DNA of 62,857 bases from a bacterium (GCA_030689595.1 JAUYHP010000018.1:1-62857), one strand, 5' to 3'. Shown: positions 21,814 to 32,767, counted from the first letter of the stretch. Notes: generated by a model from the sequence alone, not told the origin. A program made the numbers and translations.

Positions 21814-23646
21814 TCAAAAGTCGAACATCAATCCTAGCTGAAACTGATCGCGGTCATAATCGTAATTTTCAAAATTCTGCCAATGATAATAGCCAATGAA
21901 TAGATTGTGACGTCGGCCGGAAACAAACCAACCCACATTACCATCTTCGTTCATGGTGGCGCCAGCATCAACTTGGCCATCTTCGATGTACCAACGATGT
22001 TTAAGGCGCGACTCATCAACTGTCCGATCATTGCCATAAACTTTATACCAATCGAGGCTAAAGAAATTGTCGCCATTATAATAGTAGTCAGCACCTAGTT
22101 GTGGCAAGAATAGATTACGGCCACCTTCAGATATATATTGAATGCCCAGTCGACCCACTACGCCACCGCCTAAGCCTCTCTCGGCCATTATTTTGGGGAT
22201 TAACACTTCTTCATCAGGAGTTCTAATTAGATATAGCGTCGGGTTCAAAATCCAATCTAGGCTTTCAAAATATGTTCCGGCTAAATAACGTTCTTGCTTA
22301 TTATCGCCCCGACCAACAACAGATAAATCCAAATAAGTATTCTTATAACTGACATAAGCACCCGGGCCATCTAGTGATCTTTCGTTAGAGTCATCGATTA
22401 CTTCATATCTTGGCATTACTCGCCAATCATGATCATCGCGCGGCGGAGCCACGCCATTACAGCCAGTAAGGAATAGGCACAAAGCCAACGACACAATAGT
22501 CGTGTTAACTCCTCGCCACTTACCAGAAAGACGACGATAAATATAGATCCAAAGCGCACTAGCTCGCATAATCAGCTGACCGACAGCATAAAATGGATAC
22601 AGAAAAAGAGTCGCTAATGAATTGCGCATCGAAGCCCTACTGCGCAATGACCAGAAAGTAATGGTTTCGAGCGACAGGTATAGAGCATATAACAGTGCCA
22701 CCAATGGCCAATAGCCTACGACCATTAAATAAGCTAGTGAAATAATCTTAAGATGATCGATAGCAATATCCACCACCTGATAGCTCATTTCCATGCGTAG
22801 CCTCCCAGGAATGCCCTTCTTAAACAATAGTTTGATAAAAAGCGGCATAATGCGCCACAAGCCAGGCCACCATTTACCTAGTCGTTGAGTAATCAATGCG
22901 CCCAAACTATCAGGCACATCCGTTTTAACTACCGTAGGAGAAAAAATGATCTTGCCGTCAGCTAATAGCTCAATAGCGGTTCTTTCTAAATCATCACCGG
23001 GGAAAATTTCAGTATGCAGCGGCGCTAATTTCAAAATACGGTCAGTGCGAAATAAGCTAGCAGCACCACTAACACAAGGCACGGTAGCAGTAGCGCCATG
23101 GTAAACGCGTGTTAAATCCATCGCCTTGCGATATTCATGTTTCTGAAAATCGATAAGCATATTCCCCAACCAAGCCCCACGGCGATAATTATCGGCTGGC
23201 ACAATATTAAAAGCACATGCAGTATTCTCGCCGATATGGGGGCTGTGGAAATCTTCACTCAGATATATATCAGCATCAAAAAACATAACATAAGGAGTTG
23301 CCGCCTCCTTGACAGCCGCATGTTGCGCTTGAGCCTTGCTGGTATGCTTTCGCTTGATGACAACAATATCTGGGAAGTGCCACTCGGCCGTTTCAGCAGT
23401 ACCATCACTGCTACCATCATCAACCACAATAATATTCTTGAAATGTCGCCTGATAGAATTAATAGTCGCCACAATGCTATCAATCTCGTTAAGGGTGGTG
23501 ATTATAGCCGTAACCTCATTAAGGTCGAGCCGCTCATCTGTAAATTTTATCCCCCTTGCCATCAATAACTCCCAAGCGGTCTTGCTTGCGTCAATCATAA
23601 AGATTGCCAGCATCAACCATAGCGGCCAGAATTCTAGATATTTCAA
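21814..23646 (-). CDS. processive family-2 glycosyltransferase fused to a lipobox-preceded beta-rich C-terminal domain
   Basis: GT2 motifs VVDDGSSDGT, FFDADI, GDDLERT and QRLGKWW (QxxRW-like), followed by TM helices. LFLTGC is encoded at 22459-22470, then a 214-aa Tyr/Gly/Asp-rich domain ends in LGLMFDF. Confidence 0.7.
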   Translation of the reverse strand: MKYLEFWPLWLMLAIFMIDASKTAWELLMARGIKFTDERLDLNEVTAIITTLNEIDSIVATINSIRRHFKNIIVVDDGSSDGTAETAEWHFPDIVVIKRKHTSKAQAQHAAVKEAATPYVMFFDADIYLSEDFHSPHIGENTACAFNIVPADNYRRGAWLGNMLIDFQKHEYRKAMDLTRVYHGATATVPCVSGAASLFRTDRILKLAPLHTEIFPGDDLERTAIELLADGKIIFSPTVVKTDVPDSLGALITQRLGKWWPGLWRIMPLFIKLLFKKGIPGRLRMEMSYQVVDIAIDHLKIISLAYLMVVGYWPLVALLYALYLSLETITFWSLRSRASMRNSLATLFLYPFYAVGQLIMRASALWIYIYRRLSGKWRGVNTTIVSLALCLFLTGCNGVAPPRDDHDWRVMPRYEVIDDSNERSLDGPGAYVSYKNTYLDLSVVGRGDNKQERYLAGTYFESLDWILNPTLYLIRTPDEEVLIPKIMAERGLGGGVVGRLGIQYISEGGRNLFLPQLGADYYYNGDNFFSLDWYKVYGNDRTVDESRLKHRWYIEDGQVDAGATMNEDGNVGWFVSGRRHNLFIGYYHWQNFENYDYDRDQFQLGLMFDF

Positions 23647-23789
23647 TCGACACCTCTTTCAAAACTAAATTTACTGGGGTTTCAATGAGCTAACCTAGAG
23701 TAACGAATTATTGCTCTTTTGACAACGAATCATAAGCTAGTTTATGATGCCTATAAATAGATCATTAAAAACCAAACAAGGAGTCTGCA

Positions 23790-24641
23790 ATGAAAAGGCT
23801 GGTCATGTGCTTACCAAATAGATTTGACATAACTTATCACCTATCGACTAACCGTTGGATGCAGCCACATATACGACCAAATAAAGAGCTGGCCAACAAA
23901 CAATGGTTTACGCTCTTCACATCTTTATTGCAACGAGCTTCGGTGTTTGTAGCCCAACCAAAAGATGGGCTACCCGATATGGTTTTCGCCGCTAATGCCG
24001 GGCTGCTGTACCGCAACATGGTAATCCTTAGTAATTTTTTCCATGAAGAACGCAGGCGAGAAACAGCAGCTTACGCCAAATTCTTTAGAGAATATTGTGA
24101 TCGCGAAAATGTTTGGGCATTACCCAACGGCGCATTTTTTGAAGGCCAGGGCGATGCGATCTGGCTCGATGATAATAGAATTCTTATAGGCCATGGCGTC
24201 AGAACAAACCTATCTGGCGTAAATAAAGTTGGCAACATCTTGCGAAAATATAATCCATCGATAGAAATCATTCCCTTGCCTATGAAGCCACCCGAACAGA
24301 TCCCAGCCAATGAGCCTCTCTTTTATCATCTCGACACCTGCCTACTCCACCTACCCAAAGCGAAAAGCTTCATGATATATAAAAACGCCTTTCTGCCAGA
24401 GGCAATCGATACATTACATAAACTAGGCAATATTGCGCCGGTAGAACTGGAAGAAGCCAGTCAATTTGTGTGTAATTCATTCGTCGTTGATGACGAGACA
24501 ATCTTCGTGCCATGGATAAATGACCGTCTAAAAATTATTCTAAATAGATTGGGCTATACCAATATTAAAGTTTTTGATATGTGTGAATTTATAAAAGCGG
24601 GCGGCTCCGTGAAATGTCTTATATTGGACCACCAACAATAA
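23790..24641 (+). CDS. amidinotransferase / DDAH-type guanidino-group modifying enzyme
   Basis: 283 aa. The C-terminal AGGSVKCLIL (catalytic Cys motif) is typical of the arginine deiminase/DDAH/amidinotransferase superfamily. Confidence 0.6.
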   Translation: MKRLVMCLPNRFDITYHLSTNRWMQPHIRPNKELANKQWFTLFTSLLQRASVFVAQPKDGLPDMVFAANAGLLYRNMVILSNFFHEERRRETAAYAKFFREYCDRENVWALPNGAFFEGQGDAIWLDDNRILIGHGVRTNLSGVNKVGNILRKYNPSIEIIPLPMKPPEQIPANEPLFYHLDTCLLHLPKAKSFMIYKNAFLPEAIDTLHKLGNIAPVELEEASQFVCNSFVVDDETIFVPWINDRLKIILNRLGYTNIKVFDMCEFIKAGGSVKCLILDHQQ

Positions 24642-24701
24642 TAACAGATCCTCCGATACATATCGGAGGATTTTTTGTTGTAATCTGTTATAATAAAATC
24701 T

Positions 24702-25778
24702 ATGAGTAATAAAGCTATTTTCAAAACAATTAAAAAAGTTATGCCAGCAGTCGTGTCAATCAGCATATCAAAAAGCTTGATTGATATTGAAAAAGAGATA
24801 CCGCCAGAGTTGTGGCAGATGCTGCCATTCCCCGATCATCATTTGGATATACCGGAGTCGGCCATTGATGCTCATGGACGAGTAAAAATCGGTGGTGGAT
24901 CGGGATTTATAGTTAAAAACGACGGCACCATAATTACCAACAAACACGTTATCGCTGATCCACATGCCGAATATACTGTTATCACCGACGACGAAAAGCG
25001 TTATAAGGCCAGAGTCTTAGCGCGCGACCCAATCGATGATATCGCAATCATAAAGATAGAGGGCGCCGAAAAGAACAGCTTCCCAATAGTGGAGCTTGGT
25101 AATTCGTCCAATCTTCAGTTGGGACAGTCTGTTTTGGCAATCGGCAATGCCTTAGGCCTTTTCAAAAACACCGTATCTTCTGGCATCATCTCTGGCCTAG
25201 CCCGATCAATCACTGCCGCACCAGATCCGAAATCACCGATGCAAGAACTCCGTGGGTTAATCCAAACCGATTCCGCTATAAATCCGGGTAATTCAGGCGG
25301 CCCACTAGTCGATCTAGAGACTGGCAAAGCCATCGGCATTAATGCCGCTATTGTATTTGGTGCCCAAAACTTGGGCTTTGCTATCCCAGTTAATGCGGTT
25401 AGACGCGACCTTGAAGATTTAAAAAAACACGGCCACATACGCCGACCCTTGCTTGGCTTGCGCTATATAACACTTGATGAGAACTTAAAAGAAAAAATGA
25501 GATTGCCAGTTGATTATGGCGCGATGATCATGGGCCCAAAACAGATGATGCCGTCCATAGTACCTGGTAGTCCAGCCGATAAGGCTGGTCTAAAAGAAAA
25601 CGATATTATAATTGAATGTGATGGCAAAAGATTGGACCACGGCAAAACCATACAGGACGTCTTGGAAGAAAAGGCGGTTGACGATATGTTGAAATTAAAA
25701 ATTCTACGCAATGGAAAAGAAGTTCATGCCGAGATCAGGCTAGCAGAACGTAAGTTAGCTGAAAAGATCGGCGAGTAA
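24702..25778 (+). CDS. HtrA/DegP-family serine protease with a PDZ domain
   Basis: Catalytic triad context TNKHV, DIAIIK and GNSGGPLVD. A C-terminal PDZ-like region is present (GSPADKAGLKENDII). Confidence 0.85.
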   Translation: MSNKAIFKTIKKVMPAVVSISISKSLIDIEKEIPPELWQMLPFPDHHLDIPESAIDAHGRVKIGGGSGFIVKNDGTIITNKHVIADPHAEYTVITDDEKRYKARVLARDPIDDIAIIKIEGAEKNSFPIVELGNSSNLQLGQSVLAIGNALGLFKNTVSSGIISGLARSITAAPDPKSPMQELRGLIQTDSAINPGNSGGPLVDLETGKAIGINAAIVFGAQNLGFAIPVNAVRRDLEDLKKHGHIRRPLLGLRYITLDENLKEKMRLPVDYGAMIMGPKQMMPSIVPGSPADKAGLKENDIIIECDGKRLDHGKTIQDVLEEKAVDDMLKLKILRNGKEVHAEIRLAERKLAEKIGE

Positions 25779-25896
25779 TTACTGGACAGATAGGATTTAG
25801 CTTACTATACTCTCTTAAAGCTCTTTAACATAAAGCTCGTCGACGGCGAGCCGTGGTGGCACGCTTGTCGGCCAGCTTCATTCGGAGGCTAGCCAC

Positions 25897-26469
25897 ATGC
25901 TGAATAGAATAATAATTCCTTTTATAATTCTTACGATAGCTATCTTCGGAACTATTAGTTGCTCCCATACTGGGGCTGATTATGACGGCAATCAGGTTGA
26001 AGCCGCTAACGAAAACATGGATGATTTTACTGTTTTATCTTCTCATGAGATTACGGTTGATTATTCTCGCTCGACCGAAGATATGTTGGCCGATAACTAT
26101 CATCACTTCTATATGAATGCCGATGTTCCAGGCTTAGGCGGTAACACTGTTGCCGAGGTGACTGTTTATTTAATTGAGTTTAGAAATTATGAATCAATTA
26201 CGACCAGCGATATCCTGGACCGGTTGTCTGAAAAAGGTTATAGATCTGCCAATACTAACGAATTGCTGTTTCTGGACGAGAAATATCCACACTTGCGCCA
26301 AACACATAGCATGGGAGCAGCGCACTACACCGAGGGCGGTATAGTTATCACCGGCGTGGTAAGTTATAATTGGCATTATTGTTTTATCGCCATCATGTCG
26401 GAAAACTATCCCGGAGAGTGGAAAACCGTTCCCGGCTACACCACTACGGTCGTAGCAGTCAAGGAATAA
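25897..26469 (+). CDS. hypothetical secreted/lipoprotein
   Basis: N-terminal signal with FGTISC (lipobox-like), a GGAGG SD upstream, and a bidirectional terminator at 26480-26503. Confidence 0.4.
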   Translation: MLNRIIIPFIILTIAIFGTISCSHTGADYDGNQVEAANENMDDFTVLSSHEITVDYSRSTEDMLADNYHHFYMNADVPGLGGNTVAEVTVYLIEFRNYESITTSDILDRLSEKGYRSANTNELLFLDEKYPHLRQTHSMGAAHYTEGGIVITGVVSYNWHYCFIAIMSENYPGEWKTVPGYTTTVVAVKE

Positions 26470-26511
26470 TAAATACAGCCCGCAAGCTTTAGCTTGCGGG
26501 CTATTTAATTA

Positions 26512-26829
26512 TCATTTCAAGAAACTCTTATCGGGATAGAATGAATCTAACGGCTTCCAAAACTTAGACATCATCTCATTAAGATCTACGCTCTCAAGTA
26601 CTTCGTAGCGCCATTTCCATTCACGACCATTTTTGATATCTTCGTCAGCAAGCCGACTAATCTCGGTTAGCAACTCCTTACGATACTCGTAAACCATATC
26701 AATACGGCGTGACGATAGGAAGTAGCCGATGAGGCAGATGAACGCGATGATGAAAAGCGTGGTAAGGAAAAAACTTATTGGCCAATCGTCCTCCAAGAGC
26801 GGTTCGGGTAATCCTAATATGTTAAACAA
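26512..26829 (-). CDS. hypothetical single-pass membrane protein
   Basis: 105 aa with one TM helix (FFLTTLFIIAFICLIGYFL). No homology was recognised. Confidence 0.35.
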   Translation of the reverse strand: MFNILGLPEPLLEDDWPISFFLTTLFIIAFICLIGYFLSSRRIDMVYEYRKELLTEISRLADEDIKNGREWKWRYEVLESVDLNEMMSKFWKPLDSFYPDKSFLK

Positions 26830-26889
26830 CTATTGCGATTATAACAGCGATATATGTTATTTGTCAAGCATGGGTGAAAATCCAAGAAT

Positions 26890-28680
26890 TTACTCCACCG
26901 TTACTGACTTGGCTAAATTGCGCGGCTTATCTACATCATGTCCGCGCGCAACGCCAATATAATAAGCGAACAACTGAAGCGGCACTATGGACAATAATGG
27001 CGTCAAAGATTCCATCGTTTTTGGGACATAAATAACATCGTCGGCCACAGTTTTAATATTACGATCACCTTGAGCCGCAATGGCTAAAATCGGACCCCCG
27101 CGAGCTTTTATTTCTTCCAGATTAGAAATAACTTTTTCATAAACACGCCCTGGCATAACGATAGCTACAGTCGGAAAGTTTTTATCTATTAAGGCGATGG
27201 GGCCGTGCTTCATTTCGCCCGCGGCATAGCCTTCGGCATGAATATAAGATATTTCTTTTAATTTCAACGCGCCCTCCATAGCGGCCGGATAATTATAGCC
27301 ACGCCCAATATATAAAAAGTTATTATATCTAGCATATTTCCGCGCCAAAGCTTTAATGCTTTTGGATTTTTTGAGTACTGATTCTATTTTAGAAGGGACC
27401 AGCGCCAGCTCTTCTAAAAGTCTCTTGTTTTTTCTAGAGTTTGGCCAATGCAATGATATTAAATTGAGCACGGCTAATTGGGACAAAAATGCTTTGGTGG
27501 AAGCTACGCCAATTTCTGGGCCAGCATGATTATAAACACCAGCCACAGTCTCGCGAGCTATACTTGAACCAACAGCATTAACAATGCCCAATGTTAAGTA
27601 TTTGCGACTGTTGGCCTTGGAAAGAGCGGCTAAAGTGTCGGCCGTTTCACCCGATTGAGAAATAAAAAGTGCGGACGTATTTTTATGTAATGGGCTGCTA
27701 TAATAACGATATTCGGAAGCCAATCTTATCTCAGTTGGTAGATTAGCAAAATCTTCAAAAAGCATCTTACCGATTATCCCAGCGTAATATGATGTACCGC
27801 AAGCCGCAATCTCAAGCCGATTTATCCTAGCTAGTTTTGCCTCCACCGATTCTAGGCCACCTAGTTTAATCAAGTTTTTTTTAGGAAAAAGCCGGCCACG
27901 CAAAGCCGCCCTTACCACTTCGCCACCCTCAAAGATCTCTTTCAACATAAAATGCGGGTAGCCTTCTTTTTGAGCATTTTCTAAATCCATATCCAAACGT
28001 TCAATGCGCGGCCTGACTCGCCCCATCTTGAGTCCATTCAACGAAATTGTTCCCTTTTGGCCATCTTTAAGATAAACAACTCTTTTGACTAGGCCGGCCA
28101 AGGCCGTCGCATCGGAAGCTAAATAATATTCGCCGCGACCGATCCCGACAACCAGAGGGCTACCTAAGCGTGCAAAATAAATCTTATTGGGTTCGTCTTT
28201 ATTTATAACCGCTAAGGCGTAAGCCCCGACTATTTTTTTAAGCGCTTGATCAAAGCCATATTCCTCGATCAGATGCGCAATTATTTCAGTGTCAGTTTGT
28301 GAACGAAAGCGGTGACCCAACTTAGTCAATTGTACTTTGAGCTCTTTATAATTTTCGACTATGCCGTTATGAACCAATGAAATCTCCTTATGACAATCTA
28401 TATGCGGGTGAGCATTGCTTTCATTGGGCACGCCATGAGTGGCCCAGCGCGTATGGCCGATAGCACTAGTAGCCGGCAATGACCTGTGGCCATCAATAGC
28501 CTTCCCTAAGCTATCTAATTTGCCAACTGCCTTTATGACATTAATCCCCAGCTCATCATCGGGGAAATTAAAAAAGGCTACGCCTGCAGAGTCGTAGCCT
28601 CGATATTCTAATTTTTTTAAATTAGCAAAAACTATGGGCAAGCCTTCCTTTTTCCCGATGTAAGCAGCAATTCCACACAT
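26890..28680 (-). CDS. glmS: glutamine--fructose-6-phosphate aminotransferase
   Basis: The Ntn start MCGIAAYIG requires Met at 28680; the track start at 28719 is too long. Two SIS domains and the C-terminal KSVTVE are present. Confidence 0.95.
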   Translation of the reverse strand: MCGIAAYIGKKEGLPIVFANLKKLEYRGYDSAGVAFFNFPDDELGINVIKAVGKLDSLGKAIDGHRSLPATSAIGHTRWATHGVPNESNAHPHIDCHKEISLVHNGIVENYKELKVQLTKLGHRFRSQTDTEIIAHLIEEYGFDQALKKIVGAYALAVINKDEPNKIYFARLGSPLVVGIGRGEYYLASDATALAGLVKRVVYLKDGQKGTISLNGLKMGRVRPRIERLDMDLENAQKEGYPHFMLKEIFEGGEVVRAALRGRLFPKKNLIKLGGLESVEAKLARINRLEIAACGTSYYAGIIGKMLFEDFANLPTEIRLASEYRYYSSPLHKNTSALFISQSGETADTLAALSKANSRKYLTLGIVNAVGSSIARETVAGVYNHAGPEIGVASTKAFLSQLAVLNLISLHWPNSRKNKRLLEELALVPSKIESVLKKSKSIKALARKYARYNNFLYIGRGYNYPAAMEGALKLKEISYIHAEGYAAGEMKHGPIALIDKNFPTVAIVMPGRVYEKVISNLEEIKARGGPILAIAAQGDRNIKTVADDVIYVPKTMESLTPLLSIVPLQLFAYYIGVARGHDVDKPRNLAKSVTVE

Positions 28681-28712
28681 GAGGTTATTATATATAGTAT
28701 AACCCCAAAAAT

Positions 28713-29072
28713 TCAACACTTTGATTCATGACGATTTATAAACTGTTCCGTCTCGTCCAAATTAATTTCTATATGCCCCAATAATCTTTCGACATTATCA
28801 CTACAGCCACCGCCAGTCTTCAAGATATCTCTGACCTTCTGCCGATGATCATCAACCTGCTCAAAACAAATCTCCAACCATTTCCGGTCGAAGCCTACGT
28901 CAGCGACTTTTTCAGATCGATCACGTTGAGCATTATATCTTTCTTCCAGCCCCCACAGTCGTGGCCAAAATTCATCTTTGGCCCTCTTGAAAAATAAGAA
29001 CTTACTGCCGATCACACCGACACGCCACATCACCAAAAAGACAATTATCAGAATGAATAATATGGTCCCCAT
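28713..29072 (-). CDS. hypothetical N-anchored protein
   Basis: 119 aa with an N-terminal TM helix and an AAGGAGGAG SD upstream. Confidence 0.4.
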   Translation of the reverse strand: MGTILFILIIVFLVMWRVGVIGSKFLFFKRAKDEFWPRLWGLEERYNAQRDRSEKVADVGFDRKWLEICFEQVDDHRQKVRDILKTGGGCSDNVERLLGHIEINLDETEQFINRHESKC

Positions 29073-29155
29073 AGGATCTCCTCCTTATCAAAATGCTAAA
29101 ATAATTATTGCGCACCAGCGCAATCTTATCAAGCCGAAAAAACTAAACCCGTGAC

Positions 29156-31573
29156 CTAGACGATAAAATTAATCAACCGATCCTCAACAAAAATTATTTT
29201 CTTAATCTGGCTATCGCCGATCCATTTTTTGACATCTGGCTCTGATAAAGCCGACCTCTCGGCTTCTTCCTGGCTGATCCCGCTGGCAACCAAGATCTTA
29301 CTTCGCAACTTGCCATTAACTTGAATCAATAATTCAAATTCTTCTTCTGCTATCAATTCTGAGTTAAATTTCGGCCATGGCTCCAGATGTATTGATGTCT
29401 TGTTGCCTAAATTTCCCCATAACTCCTCGGCAATATGCGGCGCAAATGGAGCCAGAACCAATAAGAACCTAGTCCAAATCTTCTGGTTAATTTTTTCTCG
29501 CGAAAAACATTCATTTATAAAAATCATCATGGCACTGATGGCTGTGTTAAAAGCCATGCTCTCTATATCCTCGGCAACTTTTTTGACGGTTTTGTGAGCC
29601 AATCTCTCCAAGTCTTTGCCATCTACATCATCGTCCAATTTATCAGTACCAATTTTCCAAACCTTTTCCAAAAACCTGCTGGTACCCAAAATGCCACGCG
29701 GATCCCAAGCTATAGATTGCTCAAATGGTCCCATAAACATTTCGTATAAACGGAGTGCATCGGCGCCAAATTCTTTTACTAAATCATCGGGGTTGATAAC
29801 GTTGCCCTTGGATTTGGACATCTTTACGCCCCCTTCGGCTAAAATCATTCCATGAGAAGTTCGTTTTTTATATGGCTCGGCCACTGGCACAAAGCCCAGA
29901 TCGTATAAAAATCTATTCCAGAAACGAGAGTACAAAAGATGAAGAACCGTATGTTCCATCCCACCGTTATACCAATCAACAGGCATAAAATATTTTAAAT
30001 TATCATTACTGGCAAATTCTTTTTTATTATGTGGATCGCAATAACGCAAAAAATACCAGCTGGACCCAGCCCAATTGGGCATAGTGTCAGTTTCGCGTTT
30101 GGCTGGCCCACCGCATTTGGGGCATTTAGTATTTACCCATTTCTCTATGGCCGCTAGAGGCGATTCGCCGGTATCGGTCGGCTGATATTTTTTTACCTTG
30201 GGCAATTCCACTGGTAAATCTTCTTCTGGCACAGCCACCCAACCTTGTCCTGCGGGATTGTCTAAGGCACATTTTTCGCAATGCACCAACGGAATCGGCT
30301 CGCCCCAATATCGCTGACGAGAAAACACCCAATCACGCAATTTATACTTCACCGTCGTTTTACCGCCAACAAATTCAGTGATGGCTTTTTTGGCCGCTTC
30401 GCTATCCATACCGTCAAACTTTCCGGAATTAGCCAACTTACCACTGCCAATATAGACGCCGCCACTAACCGAACCGCTGTCAATGACTGTTTTTATCGGC
30501 AGATTGAATTTTTGGGCAAACTCAAAATCTCTTTCGTCATGAGCCGGCACAGCCATAATGGCGCCAGTGCCGTAAGAAGCCAAAACATAATCCGCTACCC
30601 AAATTGGTATTTCTTCATCGTTGGCTGGATTAATGGCCTTAATTCCTTTCAGCTCAACGCCAGTCTTTTCTTTCTTCTCTTCCGTTCTTTCTATGTCTGT
30701 TTTTTGAATGGCTTTTTGAATATAGTTGTCGATTTCTTGACGGTTGATTATTGGTAATTTATCACTTGCTAATAATGGATGCTCCGGCGCCACAACCAAA
30801 TACGTTGCTCCAAAAAGCGTATCTGGTCGCGTGGTAAAGGCCTCTATATCTCCATCTACACCTGATAATTTAAATTTCAACAAAACCCCCTCTGATCTAC
30901 CAATCCAATTCTCCTGTTGAATCTTGGCCTGCGGTATATAATCGACATCGTTTAGCCCCTCCAATAATTTATCGGCATACTCGGTAATTCTAATCATCCA
31001 CTGTTCCTTGGTCTTTTTTTCAACCGGTCCACCACAACGGTCACAAACGCCACCTACTGCCTCCTCGTTAGCTAAGCCGATTTTACAACTCGGACACCAA
31101 TTTATCGCTACTTTATCTTTGTAAGCCAAGCCATTTTCAAAAAACTTTAAAAACATCCATTGTGTCCATTTATAATATTCGGGGTCGGTAGTGTTTACCT
31201 CCCTACTCCAATCAAAAGAAAATCCCAATGATTTTAACTGGCGGCGAAAAGTGTCGGTATTCTTTTTGGTGGCCGCCTCTGGAGAAATGCCGGTTTTGAT
31301 GGCATAGTTTTCAGTTGGCAAACCAAAGGCATCCCAGCCGATTGGATATAAAACATTATAGCCCTCCATGCGACGCTTTCGCGAAATGATATCCATAGCT
31401 GTATTGCTACGGATATGACCGATGTGCAAACCATCACCCGAAGGATAGGGAAATTCAATCAATGAATACCACTTCTTTCTACCAGAATCCTGCGCTTCAT
31501 ATATACCATCCTTTTCCCATTGCCTCTGCCACTTAGATTCGATTTTCTTAAAATCGTACTTAGCCATAGACAA
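29156..31573 (-). CDS. leuS: leucyl-tRNA synthetase
   Basis: 805 aa with HIGH (GLHIGHI), KMSKS (VKMSKSKGN), a CP1 editing insertion and zinc-binding Cys pairs. Confidence 0.95.
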   Translation of the reverse strand: MSMAKYDFKKIESKWQRQWEKDGIYEAQDSGRKKWYSLIEFPYPSGDGLHIGHIRSNTAMDIISRKRRMEGYNVLYPIGWDAFGLPTENYAIKTGISPEAATKKNTDTFRRQLKSLGFSFDWSREVNTTDPEYYKWTQWMFLKFFENGLAYKDKVAINWCPSCKIGLANEEAVGGVCDRCGGPVEKKTKEQWMIRITEYADKLLEGLNDVDYIPQAKIQQENWIGRSEGVLLKFKLSGVDGDIEAFTTRPDTLFGATYLVVAPEHPLLASDKLPIINRQEIDNYIQKAIQKTDIERTEEKKEKTGVELKGIKAINPANDEEIPIWVADYVLASYGTGAIMAVPAHDERDFEFAQKFNLPIKTVIDSGSVSGGVYIGSGKLANSGKFDGMDSEAAKKAITEFVGGKTTVKYKLRDWVFSRQRYWGEPIPLVHCEKCALDNPAGQGWVAVPEEDLPVELPKVKKYQPTDTGESPLAAIEKWVNTKCPKCGGPAKRETDTMPNWAGSSWYFLRYCDPHNKKEFASNDNLKYFMPVDWYNGGMEHTVLHLLYSRFWNRFLYDLGFVPVAEPYKKRTSHGMILAEGGVKMSKSKGNVINPDDLVKEFGADALRLYEMFMGPFEQSIAWDPRGILGTSRFLEKVWKIGTDKLDDDVDGKDLERLAHKTVKKVAEDIESMAFNTAISAMMIFINECFSREKINQKIWTRFLLVLAPFAPHIAEELWGNLGNKTSIHLEPWPKFNSELIAEEEFELLIQVNGKLRSKILVASGISQEEAERSALSEPDVKKWIGDSQIKKIIFVEDRLINFIV

Positions 31574-31642
31574 TATAAATTATACATCAAAAATCCCCGG
31601 TGGGAAGCCGAGGATTTTAAATATAATCGGACAAATTGTCGG

Positions 31643-32068
31643 CTATTGCGCCATTTCTTGATTTTGTGGCGCCGCTTTTCCTTTCATCACAAAAGCAACG
31701 ATGGACAAAACAATACCAGCTATAACAACGAGATATAGGCCAATGCCGACGCCACCGCCACCGCCCAATACCTGGAAAATCGGATTATCGCCAACAACAT
31801 TGTTTATATCAACTATCTTCCAAACGCCAATGGCTGCGGCCAAAACGCTCGAAACGATAGCGCCCCAAAGCATCCCACCACGCAATGATTGAGATTTATC
31901 GCCCAACAGAGAAATTATCAATGGGATAGCGAATAGACCAAAAGTTACCCAACCATCTCCTTGCGTGCCGGAAATAGAACCAAGACCCGGGATTGTTGCC
32001 CAAGGCACAAAAGTAGCGGCCATTCCAACGGCAGCTAAAATCAAAATTGTTAATCTTTGTTTATGCAT
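31643..32068 (-). CDS. hypothetical four-TM membrane protein
   Basis: 141 aa, hydrophobic, with a Gly-rich loop (GGGGGVG). A terminator follows at 31590-31618. Confidence 0.45.
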   Translation of the reverse strand: MHKQRLTILILAAVGMAATFVPWATIPGLGSISGTQGDGWVTFGLFAIPLIISLLGDKSQSLRGGMLWGAIVSSVLAAAIGVWKIVDINNVVGDNPIFQVLGGGGGVGIGLYLVVIAGIVLSIVAFVMKGKAAPQNQEMAQ

Positions 32069-32137
32069 TTTTATAATTTAAAACTCTTAAATCCGACCTT
32101 TATTAAATTAAATCAGATGTACTGAATATCAATAGCA

Positions 32138-32767
32138 TTAATAATTAATGGTCTTAAGGAGGGAGTCTATCGCTTTATCAACTTTATCAAAATCATCAGC
32201 TGGGCCCAATGTCATAAGTTGCATAAGTTTGCCACCATTGATTAGAAATATGGAGGCTGTATATCCTTCTAAATCCTCGTCTGGCTGTGGATAGGGCCCT
32301 TCCATAATTTTCGGCCTTGATGCTCTAGTGGCATAGATGATAACTCCTTCGTTGCCGGCATCAATTTCTCCAAGCCATTCAAATTGGCCTGAATCAACAC
32401 TCATAGCTAATGGACTAGCCAATATAAGCTTATGACCCATCTCTAAAACTGACTCCAGCTCACTCCTCTTGTTAAGAGCATCTGGTATATCTACTAGCTC
32501 ATATTCTTCTAGAAATAACTCGGTCGCGTCATAGGCAACAATTATGTATTTTGCAACTTCAATCTCTGACAATGCTGGATATACAAAAACAAATGACGGC
32601 TCTGATATGCCAAAAGAATCATCATAAAGCGACCAGTCTTCCGGCATGCTAACGGTAAAACCATCATTTTTATATTCTACGATATTAATCTCGCCTGACC
32701 CAGAAAATAAAAAGTAACCGGCAACTATCAGAACTACTAAAGATAAACTAATTAATATTTTTTTCAT
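32138..32767 (-). CDS. hypothetical N-anchored/secreted protein
   Basis: 209 aa with an N-terminal signal/anchor (MKKILISLSLVVLIVAGYFLF). Confidence 0.4.
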   Translation of the reverse strand: MKKILISLSLVVLIVAGYFLFSGSGEINIVEYKNDGFTVSMPEDWSLYDDSFGISEPSFVFVYPALSEIEVAKYIIVAYDATELFLEEYELVDIPDALNKRSELESVLEMGHKLILASPLAMSVDSGQFEWLGEIDAGNEGVIIYATRASRPKIMEGPYPQPDEDLEGYTASIFLINGGKLMQLMTLGPADDFDKVDKAIDSLLKTINY

